DNA of 63,134 bases, counting the filler, from Craspedostauros australis (lineage: Eukaryota): assembly GCA_030167865.1 (NCBI GenBank). It is 5 parts of 5 records of this genome, joined end to end, with 100 filler letters (N's around TTAATTAATTAA, not from the genome) between each part and the next. Parts side by side here need not be neighbours in the genome. Positions count along the whole stretch, not along the records: positions 27,858 to 53,732 come from JALAGF010000147.1; positions 53,833 to 58,605 come from JALAGF010000149.1; 3 more parts are not named here. One strand, written 5' to 3'. Each line of letters begins with the position of its first letter. Positions within the stretch are counted from its first letter, which is position 1. Positions 46,725 through 58,271 of this stretch are shown here, piece by piece. The notes beneath the pieces are model-generated. The model had not been told where the DNA came from. It saw nothing but the letters and a program-made list of their open reading frames with translations, and made no database searches. The position numbers and the translations under genes were made by a program.

Positions 46725-48848
46725 ATGGGCAAATCGAAGGAGAAGAAGCGCAAGCGCGAGTCGTCGAAGGAGCGCAAGAAGTCCAAGAAGGAGAAAGTCA
46801 GCGACAGCAATGGTGCGGACGCGTCGCTGACTGAGGCGTCGTCGCTGACTGAGGTGAAGCGTTCCAGCTGTGACCAACAGATAGAGGCGACGCAGCACGC
46901 AGAGGTATGCACCGCGACTTCCGTTGTGAGCGATGCCTCACCTCCTCCATCTGCCAATGGAAAGAGCGATGATGCCGATAATGATGACGACGATAATGGC
47001 AGCAATCACAATAATGGCAACAGTGCCATCAGCAAGAAGGAAAGGAAGAAGCAGAAGAAAAGGGAAAGGAAAGAAAAGAAAGCAAGGGAGAAGAACCTGG
47101 ATGCAGAGGATCGTCTGAAGGAGACGGAAGAGGCAGATGGACTAGCTACGACTACCACTGAAAAAGCAAAGAAGAAGAAGCTCAAGAAAGAGAAGAAGAA
47201 GGAAAAGAAGAAGCGCAAAAGCGACAGTTCGAGCAGCGATCCAACATCGCCGCAGTCGAAAGACGAAAAGATCGTCTCCAGTTCGGCGTTGGACTTTCAC
47301 GATGAGCAGATCATCGAGAAGCAGATTCAGCACCAGCCTCACAACATCTCGCTGCTGCTGTTCTACCAGTACGTCGAGCCGCAATGGGACGAGCAAACGT
47401 ACAACGCCATACTGCAAAAGCTCACCCAACTGGGCAAGGACCTCGAACTCACTGGCCGCATGCGCGTCGCGCGTGAGGGACTGAACTGCACGCTCACGGG
47501 GACGTACGACTCCATCATGGACTACTGCGGCACGTTGCGCAACAAGCTCTACCCGCAGTACTTCGAGTCGACGGAGTTCAAATTGACGCACGATCTGCCG
47601 CGCGCCCAGCGATTTCCCAACCTCAAGGTCTTCCCGGTCGTCGAGCTGGTGCACTACGGGTTGGAAGGCAAGAAGGCGCCGCCCATCGCCAGGTACCAAG
47701 GCACGCATCTGGAACCCAAGGATTATCATCAGAAGTTAGGCGAGAGCAACACCGTGATTATCGACGTGCGCAATCATTACGAGGCCGCCATCGGTCATTT
47801 CTGCCCGCCGCAGAACGAATCCGAGAAGGTGGCGGTGCCGGAGAACAGCAATGGAAGTAGCAGCGGTACCAACGATGGCGATGGCGGCAAGGACGCACCG
47901 CCGCCGGAATGGGTGGATCCCAAGATGAGGAAATCCACCGAGTTCCCAGCATGGCTCAACAAGGCGGAGACGAAGGAGAAGCTGAAGGGCAAACAGGTGC
48001 TCATGTACTGCACCGGCGGCATCCGATGCGAACGTGCCTCGGCGCTGCTCAAGTACAAGATGGACAACGATCCTGACATCAAGAACCTCGACATCAAGGG
48101 CGTCTTCCAGCTGCAGGGCGGGATTGACAAGTACTTCAAGGAGTTCCCCGAAGGCGGCTACTGGAAGGGCAAGAACTACGTCTTCGACAAGCGCTTTGCG
48201 CACGCTCCGCCGAAGGTGGACGGCGAGAATCACTCCAAGAAGACCGGCGCGGTCCCCGACAGCAACAAGATCATGGGCAAATGCGAGGCCTGTCGCAAAC
48301 CATGGGACATGTACCGTGGCAAGCGACGATGTCCCACCTGCGGCGTTCCGTCTCTCATCTGCAAGGAGTGCTTCCTGGCCGACAAGGAGGGCCGCCGCAA
48401 ACTGGGGAGGGAGGTGCGATGCGACCTGTGCGTGGAACAGAACATCAAATCCAAGCGAGAATGGCGCGAACAGGAACAGCAAGAGATCAAGGCCTACGAA
48501 CGCGAGCTGGATGCCAAGGGACTGCTGCGACCCGAGGAGGGCAGCACGAAGGTCGCCAATCCCGATAACATCACGCGCCTCCTGCTCAAGAATATGTGCC
48601 GCAAGAAAATGGACGAGGCCACGCTGGTGGATTCCATTCCCGGCATCACGCACCTCGTGTGGCGCAAGGATGGCCGCACGGGGCGATTCATGGGCCAAGG
48701 GTGGATCGAGATGGCGTCGCCGGATGACGCAGCGCGGGCGGTCGCGCGCAGCGGCACCCTCAATCTGTTCGGTCGGCCGCTTTACATGAGTTTCCAAGCG
48801 CCCGGTGGCAAGGACGTGTGGCCTCCACCCAATAGCAGAGTGGCGTAG
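46725..48848 (+). CDS. TSTD2/TrhO (UPF0176)-like rhodanese-domain protein with Lys-rich N-terminus and C-terminal RRM
   Basis: LLFYQYV, GRMRVAREGLNCTL, IDVRNHYEAAIGHF, LMYCTGGIRCERAS, QLQGGIDKY, GKNYVFDKR, Cys cluster, RNP1-like FMGQGWIEM. Confidence 0.85.
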   Translation: MGKSKEKKRKRESSKERKKSKKEKVSDSNGADASLTEASSLTEVKRSSCDQQIEATQHAEVCTATSVVSDASPPPSANGKSDDADNDDDDNGSNHNNGNSAISKKERKKQKKRERKEKKAREKNLDAEDRLKETEEADGLATTTTEKAKKKKLKKEKKKEKKKRKSDSSSSDPTSPQSKDEKIVSSSALDFHDEQIIEKQIQHQPHNISLLLFYQYVEPQWDEQTYNAILQKLTQLGKDLELTGRMRVAREGLNCTLTGTYDSIMDYCGTLRNKLYPQYFESTEFKLTHDLPRAQRFPNLKVFPVVELVHYGLEGKKAPPIARYQGTHLEPKDYHQKLGESNTVIIDVRNHYEAAIGHFCPPQNESEKVAVPENSNGSSSGTNDGDGGKDAPPPEWVDPKMRKSTEFPAWLNKAETKEKLKGKQVLMYCTGGIRCERASALLKYKMDNDPDIKNLDIKGVFQLQGGIDKYFKEFPEGGYWKGKNYVFDKRFAHAPPKVDGENHSKKTGAVPDSNKIMGKCEACRKPWDMYRGKRRCPTCGVPSLICKECFLADKEGRRKLGREVRCDLCVEQNIKSKREWREQEQQEIKAYERELDAKGLLRPEEGSTKVANPDNITRLLLKNMCRKKMDEATLVDSIPGITHLVWRKDGRTGRFMGQGWIEMASPDDAARAVARSGTLNLFGRPLYMSFQAPGGKDVWPPPNSRVA

Positions 48849-49471
48849 CTGCTGCTGATTTGCTCGGAGTTTGCTACGTCCGGGAGGTCCAGCACAGATG
48901 TGTCACCCCAAGACCATCACCGACGACAGGGGTAATAGCTCGCAGAGAAATAGCGTTTTCACACACAAGCATAATATTATATTATATTATATGTATTCCG
49001 TCACACCAGGACAGTCGATTGTTGCTCAAGGTGAATAGAATACTCGCAATGGCAAGAATGTATGGGGTGTCGCTGCTACTCTTCGAAAGGTGCCCGTTAC
49101 TGCTGCGCCGCTGGACTGGACCAAAATGGGTCGAAGTGGGCAGAGAACCCTTGACACCGCCTCTTCGATTTTCGCCCCGAATCTGTTTTCGCGTTGTTCG
49201 GGTTGGAGTCGGAGTCGGAGTTGGAGTTGTGAGGAATTATCACTAGTTTGAATTTGATGCGAACAGATGGCTGACGATTGAAGCGTGACACCAATCAACA
49301 TCTTCCAGGTGGAATGCCTGACACCAATGAATGGATCAAATCAGCGTTTCCACGAACTTCACAAGCGTCGAAGAATCACGCTTCACGACAACACACATGT
49401 GACACGTTTCATAAATTCCAAAAACACAGAATCGCAACGAAGTGTACTCATCCACTGTATTGCATTGCATC

Positions 49472-52400
49472 ATGTCGTCCTTGGCCGTCTCGTCCATTGG
49501 CAAACGCCAACGGCGCACCATCAGAAGCAGCGGCAGCGGCAGCAGCAACAACATCGGCAAGAGCCCTACTACCGACAAGGAAGGCAGGGAGATTCGCAGG
49601 GCATCGCAGCAAGTGCTGGAGGATTTGGAAGAACAATCGGACTTTTTCATGCACAACCCTTCTGCAACCAATCTGCCGCACTTTCTCAACGATGGTACGA
49701 GAATCTGCGACCTGCGCTGGTCGATGAGTGGAGAAAGATGGAGTGCGAGACTCTTGCGATGTATGGGTGGAACCACGGAGGGAGGCATCCGTCGATGGAC
49801 AATGCTGCATCATCGATTCCTTGCTTCGTTATTTTGGCCATTTGGTTGGTCTTGCGTCTTGTGGTGTGTGGTGTTGTGGCGTGCGACGTGGTTGTGTGGC
49901 ATTCAGCAGCATGATATTGAGAACGATGTTGAGAATGATGGCCAGAGCGCTGAAAGGAAATGGCACCACGGAAGGAAGGCAGCACCACTTTGACGTCCTT
50001 CGCCGATGCGGGTGGCAAAGGCAACGACGACAAACGAGTTCAATTACATCTACATCCACGCTCATCCTCACACTCACACTTACGTATAATACTTCGCTTG
50101 GTGACGCACCGCTCGACTACAACTATCGATGTATCACATCGCATCACATTGGATCCACTTCTGCCATGGTTATATTCACGAAACCTCAGAAATCGAATTG
50201 GCGAAGACGCTGGGGGAAGGTGAATTCGGTCTCGTTTCATCCATCGAGGCGTTGCATGCGATCGAATACTGCACCTGCGGAGAATGCCGGACCAGACGGG
50301 AGCAAAAGATGCCGGCGAGTGATCAGCAAACACCGACAGAATCTGATAGAGGGAATGGAGGAATCACAGGCAGTGGCTTGAATGCAACACCAAACGTGCC
50401 CGTCATCGAAGGAATGCACAGGCTGCTGATCAAATCCCAGCATAACACATCATCTAACGGTCAGCATGATCCAAATCAGCAGGCTGAACAACGCAATGCG
50501 TGCGGCTGCAATGAGAATGCAATTGCGAATGCCAACACCCAGCCGAACCAACAACCCACGGAGAATCCGCAGGACGGCAACCAAATGACCAACATCGATT
50601 CTCCCGCAGAGTATGATGCCGGCGATGCCTTATCGGTCGGAGCCACGGCGCCCATGTGCAGCGGTGCTGGTTGCGGAGGACCCAAAGCAATCTCTTCTCT
50701 ATCACCAACGGTGCAGAAGGGTGGGCCTCCCGATGCATCACACATTCACAACATGTTATACCAGCGATATAGCGATATTGAAAGTGCCCCCGTCACAACC
50801 GCAGCTTCTCCAAAAGCAGCAGCAGCAGCAGCAGCCCCACCACCACCAGGGGCAAAACCATCTGCAGTGGCCAGAAGCGTGTCGTCGGCTGTTCCACTTC
50901 CAAAACCCAAATCGATTCTGCTGCAAAAAAGTTCGGAGCGAGTGGGTCGTGGGTCCATGTCTGTGGCGACCCGAGTATCATTCGCCGGCATCAACGAGCT
51001 CGAGAACGGTGGAGCATCCAAATCGATAGAAGAGGAAGCCAACAGACAAACACCACATCAACACACAAGCGCAAGTCCGACTGCGAGCTTGCAAGTCGAG
51101 TCAGAGTGTTGCGAGTCCTCCACCATCTCCACGGCGAATGACGTGGAAGACGCGCAGAACGGGTTATTCTCGCTGGATATGGACAGCGAGCACGACGACG
51201 AGCACGATAACTTGCACGATAACTTGCACGATGATGTGGATGGCGAGGAAGCCGGGTTCAGAGACTACATGGCAACGCACTGCTGGCGCCTGGGACGCGC
51301 GCGGTATGCCATCAAGAAGATACGTCCGGCCTTATTCGAAGGCAACAACAGACGGCAAAAGGAGATGAGGTTGGAAGCCAGCGTGGATTTGGCTTGCGAA
51401 GCCAAGTTCCTTTCCAGCATCGTGCATCCCAACATCGTCCGAATCCGCGGGGTGGTCGGCGAACCTGGCGCATTCCATTTTGGAATCATCATGGACTGTC
51501 TGCAAATGACGCTCGCAGACAAGATCGAAGAATGGGAAGTCGAAGAGGCCGGCGGCACGAAGAAGATCGGCGGCGGCGTACTGTCGGGTTTGCTGCGGTC
51601 CATGCAGAAGGTCAAGGCCAAGACGAATGCCACGAATGCCACGAATGCCAAGCAAACAGGGAAAGGTTCCAAGCAGGATGCCGTCAGCGCCGACATCATC
51701 GCGGACAAGATGTTGGCCATATTCGACATTGCGCGCGCCATGAGGTATCTGCACAAGAACAAGTAAGTTGCTGTGTGTTTTGCTTTGGAGGCGCGTGCAC
51801 TACAAGAGTATTCTCGCACATTTACTCGATAAGATTTGGAATGTGATTTGGAATGGTGCCAGAGCATCAATACAAGACATACTCACTCCATCAACGCTCT
51901 GCACATCTCACTACGTAAAATCTATGGCCGGTTGGTGTTTCTGTCGCCGATTCCGTCAGGATTGTGTTCCGTGACTTGAAGCCCGATAATGCTGCGTTCG
52001 ACTTTCGGGGGGACATCCGGCTGTTCGATTTCGGTTTGGCGAAGGAATTGAAGAAGGCGGACTTACGCAATGCTCCAGACCAATACGAAGCGACCGGGCT
52101 GACGGGCAGCCGTCGCTACATGGCCCCGGAGGTGGTGCTGTCCAAGGATTACGGGCTGTCCGTGGATGTGTACTCGTTTAGCATCGTTGCGTGGGAGGTG
52201 TTGACATGCAAGGCCGCGTACGAATCCATGAACGCCGATCAGCATTTCGAATTCGCCGTCATGAAAAGCAAGCGGCCGAAGATCGGGAACAAGATGAAAC
52301 GCAAGTACTCCCAGCAGCTGCTGGTATTGCTGGAACGCATGTGGTCTGCCAATCCCGCCGATCGTCCGACCTTCAAATCCATCTGCGAGATCCTGTCGTC

Positions 52401-52509
52401 GCTCGTGATGCTGGCCAACGAACGCAGAGGCACGGCATCGTCGTTGGATTCGAACCGTACCAAATTCCTGATGAACCAATCGCTGAGATCCAAGGTTGAT
52501 GGGGTTTGA
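49472..52509 (+). CDS. TKL-like Ser/Thr(Tyr) protein kinase; 3 exons (49472-49694, 50190-51762, 51960-52509)
   Basis: In-frame GT-AG introns 49695-50189 and 51763-51959; LGEGEFGLV, YAIK, EAKFL..IVHPNIV, VFRDLKPDN, DFGLAK, GSRRYMAPE, DVYSF, RPTF. Confidence 0.88.
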
Positions 52510-52708
52510 ATGCGTATCATGGCTCGGATATGGGTAAAGTTATAGTATGCACGGACTGAATCAGGACACGACAACAAACGAATAATAGAAGATGGGGTTG
52601 CGCTTATAGTCGACGCCTGTTTGCTAATGTGCGTTCATGGCGCTGTATTTCGTGCAGAGTCCTCTCCGTGTGCATGGCTGTTGCTGTGACCGTTGCTTCG
52701 AAACAAGC

Positions 52709-53161
52709 TTAATCCAGTCCCTTGATGTCATCGTACCCGCCGGCATTGTACACGGATGCATGGCCTCCGGCCGTCAGCACCTCTTGCGCCTTGTTGGCCC
52801 GATGCCCGCTCTTGCAGTACACGACGATGGGGGTCGTCTCATCGGGAAACAGCTCATCTGCCTTTTGTGCCAACTCCGTGGCATCCTCCCCAGTGCAGGA
52901 CTGGTGTACCCAACGCAGATCTTTCCACGTGAATCGCCCCGAGTCGTCGATCTCCTCCTGAGTGCGCACATCCAGCAGCACGGCCGTCGGTTGGGTATTC
53001 AGCAGCTCCTTCAATTCGGGCGGACGGAGGAACCCGTACTTCGTCGCCCGAGTGTCATAGTCTGGCATCGATGACAGCAGGCACCGTGCTGGCAAGCTCT
53101 TGGTGAGGACCGCGGTGTTGCGGGAGAGTTGAGAGACGAGGGTGCGGACCAACATAGTCAT
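52709..53161 (-). CDS. Single-domain rhodanese/sulfurtransferase, probably mitochondrial
   Basis: Arg/Ser/Leu-rich presequence MTMLVRTLVSQLSR; LLDVRTQEE, IVVYCKSGHRA, VYNAGGY. Confidence 0.85.
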   Translation of the reverse strand: MTMLVRTLVSQLSRNTAVLTKSLPARCLLSSMPDYDTRATKYGFLRPPELKELLNTQPTAVLLDVRTQEEIDDSGRFTWKDLRWVHQSCTGEDATELAQKADELFPDETTPIVVYCKSGHRANKAQEVLTAGGHASVYNAGGYDDIKGLD

Positions 53162-53483
53162 GGGTGGATGTGGATGTATAGAATAGATCGTACAATAATA
53201 CAATGCGATGATGATGTTTGCAGTTGTTCTGATTTTATGATGTACTTTGCCCCTTGAAGATTCCTCGTGTCGTCGGATTTGTGGAGTGTTGCGGAGCACG
53301 GACACGTTCGTGCGCCTCCCCGGAGTATCTGAGAGGCTCTTCTTTTGGCGCCATTTTGTCCGTCCGAATGGCCTCGAACGGCTCCCACGCTCAAACGTGC
53401 GACTGACTCGATTATCAACAAAGAACAAAAAAGAAAGTTCGCATGCTCGACACCTTTTGACACAACACAGGAAGAACACATAG

Positions 53484-53987
53484 GAGCCCGATCAGTGAGT
53501 CGACCTGCACTCCGTTATTGGCGTCTATAAAATTTATCTTGAATATCCCAACCAAGCACATATTCGTAATCCTTGCAGGTCTAATACAAATAATTAACCG
53601 ATGGATTTTTTAGTTAGATCCTATTTTAAGTTTTATACATATTCAAATGTTTTGTGAAGTCGTATGGGTCGACCCCCGTGAACTTCCTAGTTGTTTCGCA
53701 GAAAGTTCGATTATGTTCTCGTGCATTTACCCNNNNNNNNNNNNNNNNNNNNNNNNNNNNNNNNNNNNNNNNNNNNTTAATTAATTAANNNNNNNNNNNN
53801 NNNNNNNNNNNNNNNNNNNNNNNNNNNNNNNNTCCATAAAACTTAAAATGAAACCAAGTAGAATCTGAAAGGGTCCACCATATGTAAATAGACTACGAGG
53901 ATTATGTATATGTTATTAGTTTAAAAATCCCAGAAAAACGACTAGACTCTTCATTTCAAACAGTTGGTCGACTCGCTCGAGGGGCTC
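53484..53987. mobile_element. DNA transposon with long imperfect TIRs (GAG...CTC ends) and 4-bp ATAG target-site duplication, Sola-like; interior lost in assembly gap
   Basis: Left end GAGCCCGATCAGTGAGTCGACC vs reverse complement of right end GAGCCCCTCGAGCGAGTCGACC; ATAG at 53480-53483 and 53988-53991; AT-rich. Confidence 0.7.
53733..53832. other. Artificial scaffold join
   Basis: N-run with central TTAATTAATTAA. Confidence 0.95.
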
Positions 53988-54582
53988 ATAGAGCAGAGTA
54001 CAGCGGATCCAGAAATGCGATTCGTGAAGAACAACAACGTTCAGTTTTGTCGGAGCTGGTTGCGACAAAAGACCGCCAAGATAACATTTAGAAATGAGTG
54101 AAGGTGGTCACGGAGAAAAAAGGAGCATGTCAGTGAACGCGCAAGGACTGGGGTGTGCTCGTCTGAGCCCCCTTGTGTCGCAAGTGGGAACTGGTGGGGA
54201 CTTGTCAACCCACTCCAGCGTTGGTGCGCCAGAGCGCAACTTCTACCAACCATGCAAACAACGAGAGTGCGAACGAAACGGACTCGAGCGCCTCCAATTC
54301 GTATGAATACCACGCACGCACACCGACAGCACTGGTATGAATCTCTTTGTTTTGGAACCAGTCGTCATCGGTGTGGATCACCTTGTTGGACATTGCTGAA
54401 GAGATGAAGGATCGGATGAGCGGCGGGCGGACAAACTAGTAATGCTCCAATTACTTCTCTCCGCACGTGGGTGTGTGCACACACGAACATTGCATGCAAT
54501 ATAGCATTGGTTTTGTCTTTGCCGGCCTCGGTAACTGCGACGATTCCGCCTTCCATCATGCGCTTCATCTCTGCGTCTCTCA

Positions 54583-54627
54583 CTGCATGCTCATGTGCAT
54601 GTGCATGTGCATTTGCATGTGCATGTG
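54583..54627. repeat. (TGCATG)n-like hexamer microsatellite
   Basis: tgcatgctcatgtgcatgtgcatgtgcatttgcatgtgcatg. Confidence 0.75.
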
Positions 54628-55322
54628 GATTTGCGTCTGCGAAAATCGCTTCCTTGCCTTCGACAACATCCACACAACATCTCTCTCATAAAAACAGTCG
54701 ACGAACAGATTGTACTCCGAAGCGCAGCATTACCACACAGCAATCGACAAGCATCGCCAGTTGATCCCAAGCCTCTCTCCGGCCAACGCCAGACATAAAC
54801 CAAAGGTACGTTCCGCTCATCGATCAATTGCAGATGCAGGTTCGCAAGATGACCGACCGTCTGCATGGCGAGGAGCCCGTGACAGGAGGAGGATTCGTTG
54901 GCAGCACTCGTCCTAACAGTCACAGCATGCTGCCTCAAGCATCAGCATCACCGGCAGCAACTGGGGAGAACGCGCTCATCGGATCAGCTGCCATCGTTGT
55001 GGCAAGTGTGATGCGTAATGATGTCACACGTTCCCCACGCTTCTCGTTCCGATCACATGCTTGCTTTGCATGTTGATGGCATACGGTGTCATCATCGCCG
55101 TCTCCGCTCTCTCTACTCTGCTCTGTCCAATACACTGCTGCCACGTTCTGCTGCCATGTCCAACTCAACTCAACCCCACACCTCTCGTACCCCACCGGTA
55201 CGAGTACTCATGCTCCCGCACTCGACGCTGCTATGCACTGCACTGCTCTATCCGTGTCTAACACGAAAACGAATCGCAGCACACAATCCAAGCAACCGAC
55301 GAGCAACAAGCGACAAGCAACC

Positions 55323-58271
55323 ATGATCTACGCGAAGGCAGCCTTCGTCGTTTTTCTCGCTCTCGCTGACACGGCAACGGTCCACGCCGTGCTCCGCGGC
55401 AACAGGACTCCCGTGGATCCAACCAAGGAACTCCGCACGGCGATGAACAAGATTCGCGCCCTCAAGGTCGGCACTGATGACAACGCGAAGGCGGCGAAAC
55501 AAAACAAGGCCGAACGAGAGCCTCCCACAGACAACCCGGATACTCCCGAGACCTCTGCGCCAACTGCGTTGCCGACTGGATCGCCTACAGGCTTGATTTC
55601 GGAGATGCCCTCGATGACACCTGTGGCCCAGCCAACCTCTTTACCAACCTCTCAACCAACTCTCCTGCCAACATCCAAACCATCAGCTCCCCCAGCCGTC
55701 TTCGATTCCGCCATCAAGGTCTATTGCCGGCCAGATGGCGATACTGATCTCACAACAGAAGAGAGAAGCTCCAAGACCATCATCTGCAATGCGAGCAAGC
55801 CATCCTGCCGCGAGGCCGTGACTGCTGTGAAGGAATCCGAGCAGCTGCAGAACTTCTTCGGATGCGCAGGAGACCTCGGTGAAGGAGCCGCACGCAAGCT
55901 CTTTAACAAGTACGCATCCAACGTCGTACTCGCTGGTCAGTTGGCGTTGGTCGCTGCCACCAACCTGATTCTCATCACTGAACGCCCGGATGCCATGAAT
56001 GCAGCATGCGCGGCCATCGCTGCGATGCAATCGCCTGCCGTCGCAGATCCATGCTGCCAAGGATCCTCAGGATGCACATCGGGCACCGGTTCCGCCTCCA
56101 ACTCCCCTCCATTCATGACCGTCGCCATCACGGCATGCACAGGCGACAGCGCATGCAAGGACATGGGCCCCAATCCCCTCATCCTCGATTCCTCCTGCAC
56201 TGGAGACAGTGCATGCGAGTTGATGAATGAGAACGAAATCAACCCGTCCATCACGGGAGTCACCTTCGTCAGTGAGATGGCATGCACCACCCCTCAATCT
56301 TGCGAGGGAGTGGGACGTCGTTCTCATGGTGATGTCACCATCCAGGCTGGCGCATGCATTGGGTCAGAGGCATGCAATTCCGCTGGCCGTCGTGTGGAGC
56401 AATCATCACCTTCATATCGCTTCCGCAGCCACATCGACATTGGCCCGAATGCGTGCGTCGGCAGCAATGCCTGCAAGGATGCCCACTCAACCGTCAACCA
56501 TGGTATTGGTGGCAAGTATGCAGGCAGCCTGACCATTGGTGCTGCTGGCTGTGCCGCCGATGGGTCATGCGAGAAGATGGGCTTCAATGACATGATGAGA
56601 ACCGACCTCGTCGTCCCTCCTGGTGGATGTGGCAGTGTCGAAGGCTGCAGGGGGTGCATGACGAAGACGGAGTGCAGCCCCGATGAATTCTACTTCATCA
56701 GCGATGTCGATGGGGCCTGCCCAAAGGGAGGCAGCAGCTCCGGTGGCAATCCCACTGGTGATAAGGTCGATGAGTACTGCATTGGCAAGGACACCTTGCC
56801 CACAGAATCTCCGACCTTTTCTCCCACTCCTTTCCCAACACCTCTCACGTCCAGTCCAACTAGGGCCCCATCCAACTCGCCGTCTCGGACGCCCTCATAT
56901 TTCCCGTCAGACACTCCATCGCGAGCCCCGTCTGAGATGCCGTCCGCACAGCCCTCCCAACTTCCATCCGAGGAACCGTCAGGTATCCCAAGCTCACCCC
57001 CGTCAAACACACCATCGCAAGTCCCTTCTGAGGTGCCGTCCACACAGCCCTCCCGACAGCCGACCTCACCACCATCCACCCAACCATCTGACATGCCGTC
57101 CGCACTCCCATCCACACAGCCATCTGACACGCCATCAATTGCACCAACCTCATCGCAAGAGCCTACAAGAACAAGCAGCCCAACCTCATCGCAAGAGCCT
57201 ACAAGAACAAGCAGCCCAACCCCGCCCCCCCTCCCATCCTTGACTGTTGGATGCCTCTCAAAACCGGGTGATGACACATCGATGTTCAATCCTACTTCTG
57301 GTAGCGTATTGTGCAAAGATGCAACAGGCACATGCGCTCAATTTGTCTCTATGGTCGATGCTCTGACTGAGGGGAAGCGCAAGATGATTTCCAGTATCTT
57401 CGGATGCGATGATAAAGACCCTCCAGAAGCCGTGGCGTTGGAAGTGGCGCAGGAACGCTTTGACACGATCAACAACGACGAAAGTGTGACCACCGCATTG
57501 TTGACGATCGTGAACGAGGACAAGAAGCTCTTCACTGGCAGCACGTCTGTGGTCACAACTGCATGCAATGGCTCATGCTGCAGCGGTGATACTGCTTGCA
57601 CCAATGATTCTGATGATCCTGGTGTCATAACGGTGAGCTCAGGGTCATGTGAAGGAGATGACGCATGCAAATCCATACGTTCCAACGCAATCATACTTGA
57701 CAGTTGCAAGGGACAAAGTGCCTGCATGTTTTTCGGCGTTTTCGACGAAGGTCCGCCACCTACTGGTGTCGAAGTCGGATATGGGGTGATCGGACCAAGA
57801 GCTTGTAGTGCAGAAAGCAGTTGCATTGCTATTGGAAATCGCATTGTGGGCAATATACGAGTGGAAGAGGGAGCATGCGATGCAAAAAAAGCATGCAATA
57901 GAGTTGCGCTTCGCGCCAGCCAAGAGCCTAGCGAGGTGAATCCGGTCGTGGCAAATGTTTTCATCGGAAAGATGGCGTGCCAAGGAGAGAACGCTTGTGA
58001 TGGCTTGCATCGCTCCACAAACAACAAATTGGCAGGAAGCCTGATCATCGAAGACGGTGCTTGCTCGGGCGATTACGTGTGCGAGGGTGTTGGCAATAGT
58101 GACGAAGCAACCAATGACATCATCATCAGAGAAGAAGTTTGCACGACAGCCGACGACTGCAACCAATGCGCCCAAGGAACATTGTGTGCTTCAGACGCAG
58201 AAACGTACGTAATCGACGACGCAGAGGCGGATTGCCCTGAACCAGAGCCATCTGCCTGCGCAACTCTCTAA
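55323..58271 (+). CDS. Secreted Cys-rich protein with two homologous AC-x-G-xx-AC repeat modules and Pro/Thr/Ser mucin-like stalks
   Basis: Signal peptide MIYAKAAFVVFLALADTATVHA, LRG and RAL motifs, PTxxP(S/T) tracts, many (A/S)CxGxxAC repeats in two blocks. Confidence 0.8.
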   Translation: MIYAKAAFVVFLALADTATVHAVLRGNRTPVDPTKELRTAMNKIRALKVGTDDNAKAAKQNKAEREPPTDNPDTPETSAPTALPTGSPTGLISEMPSMTPVAQPTSLPTSQPTLLPTSKPSAPPAVFDSAIKVYCRPDGDTDLTTEERSSKTIICNASKPSCREAVTAVKESEQLQNFFGCAGDLGEGAARKLFNKYASNVVLAGQLALVAATNLILITERPDAMNAACAAIAAMQSPAVADPCCQGSSGCTSGTGSASNSPPFMTVAITACTGDSACKDMGPNPLILDSSCTGDSACELMNENEINPSITGVTFVSEMACTTPQSCEGVGRRSHGDVTIQAGACIGSEACNSAGRRVEQSSPSYRFRSHIDIGPNACVGSNACKDAHSTVNHGIGGKYAGSLTIGAAGCAADGSCEKMGFNDMMRTDLVVPPGGCGSVEGCRGCMTKTECSPDEFYFISDVDGACPKGGSSSGGNPTGDKVDEYCIGKDTLPTESPTFSPTPFPTPLTSSPTRAPSNSPSRTPSYFPSDTPSRAPSEMPSAQPSQLPSEEPSGIPSSPPSNTPSQVPSEVPSTQPSRQPTSPPSTQPSDMPSALPSTQPSDTPSIAPTSSQEPTRTSSPTSSQEPTRTSSPTPPPLPSLTVGCLSKPGDDTSMFNPTSGSVLCKDATGTCAQFVSMVDALTEGKRKMISSIFGCDDKDPPEAVALEVAQERFDTINNDESVTTALLTIVNEDKKLFTGSTSVVTTACNGSCCSGDTACTNDSDDPGVITVSSGSCEGDDACKSIRSNAIILDSCKGQSACMFFGVFDEGPPPTGVEVGYGVIGPRACSAESSCIAIGNRIVGNIRVEEGACDAKKACNRVALRASQEPSEVNPVVANVFIGKMACQGENACDGLHRSTNNKLAGSLIIEDGACSGDYVCEGVGNSDEATNDIIIREEVCTTADDCNQCAQGTLCASDAETYVIDDAEADCPEPEPSACATL
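57144..57221 (+). repeat. Exact 36-bp in-frame tandem duplication (PTSSQEPTRTSS x2)
   Basis: ccaacctcatcgcaagagcctacaagaacaagcagc occurs twice in tandem. Confidence 0.9.

Noticed and set aside
46725..53161. Two rhodanese genes within 7 kb as a sulfur-relay cluster
   Set aside because: Different subfamilies and predicted compartments, separated by a kinase; no evidence of linkage
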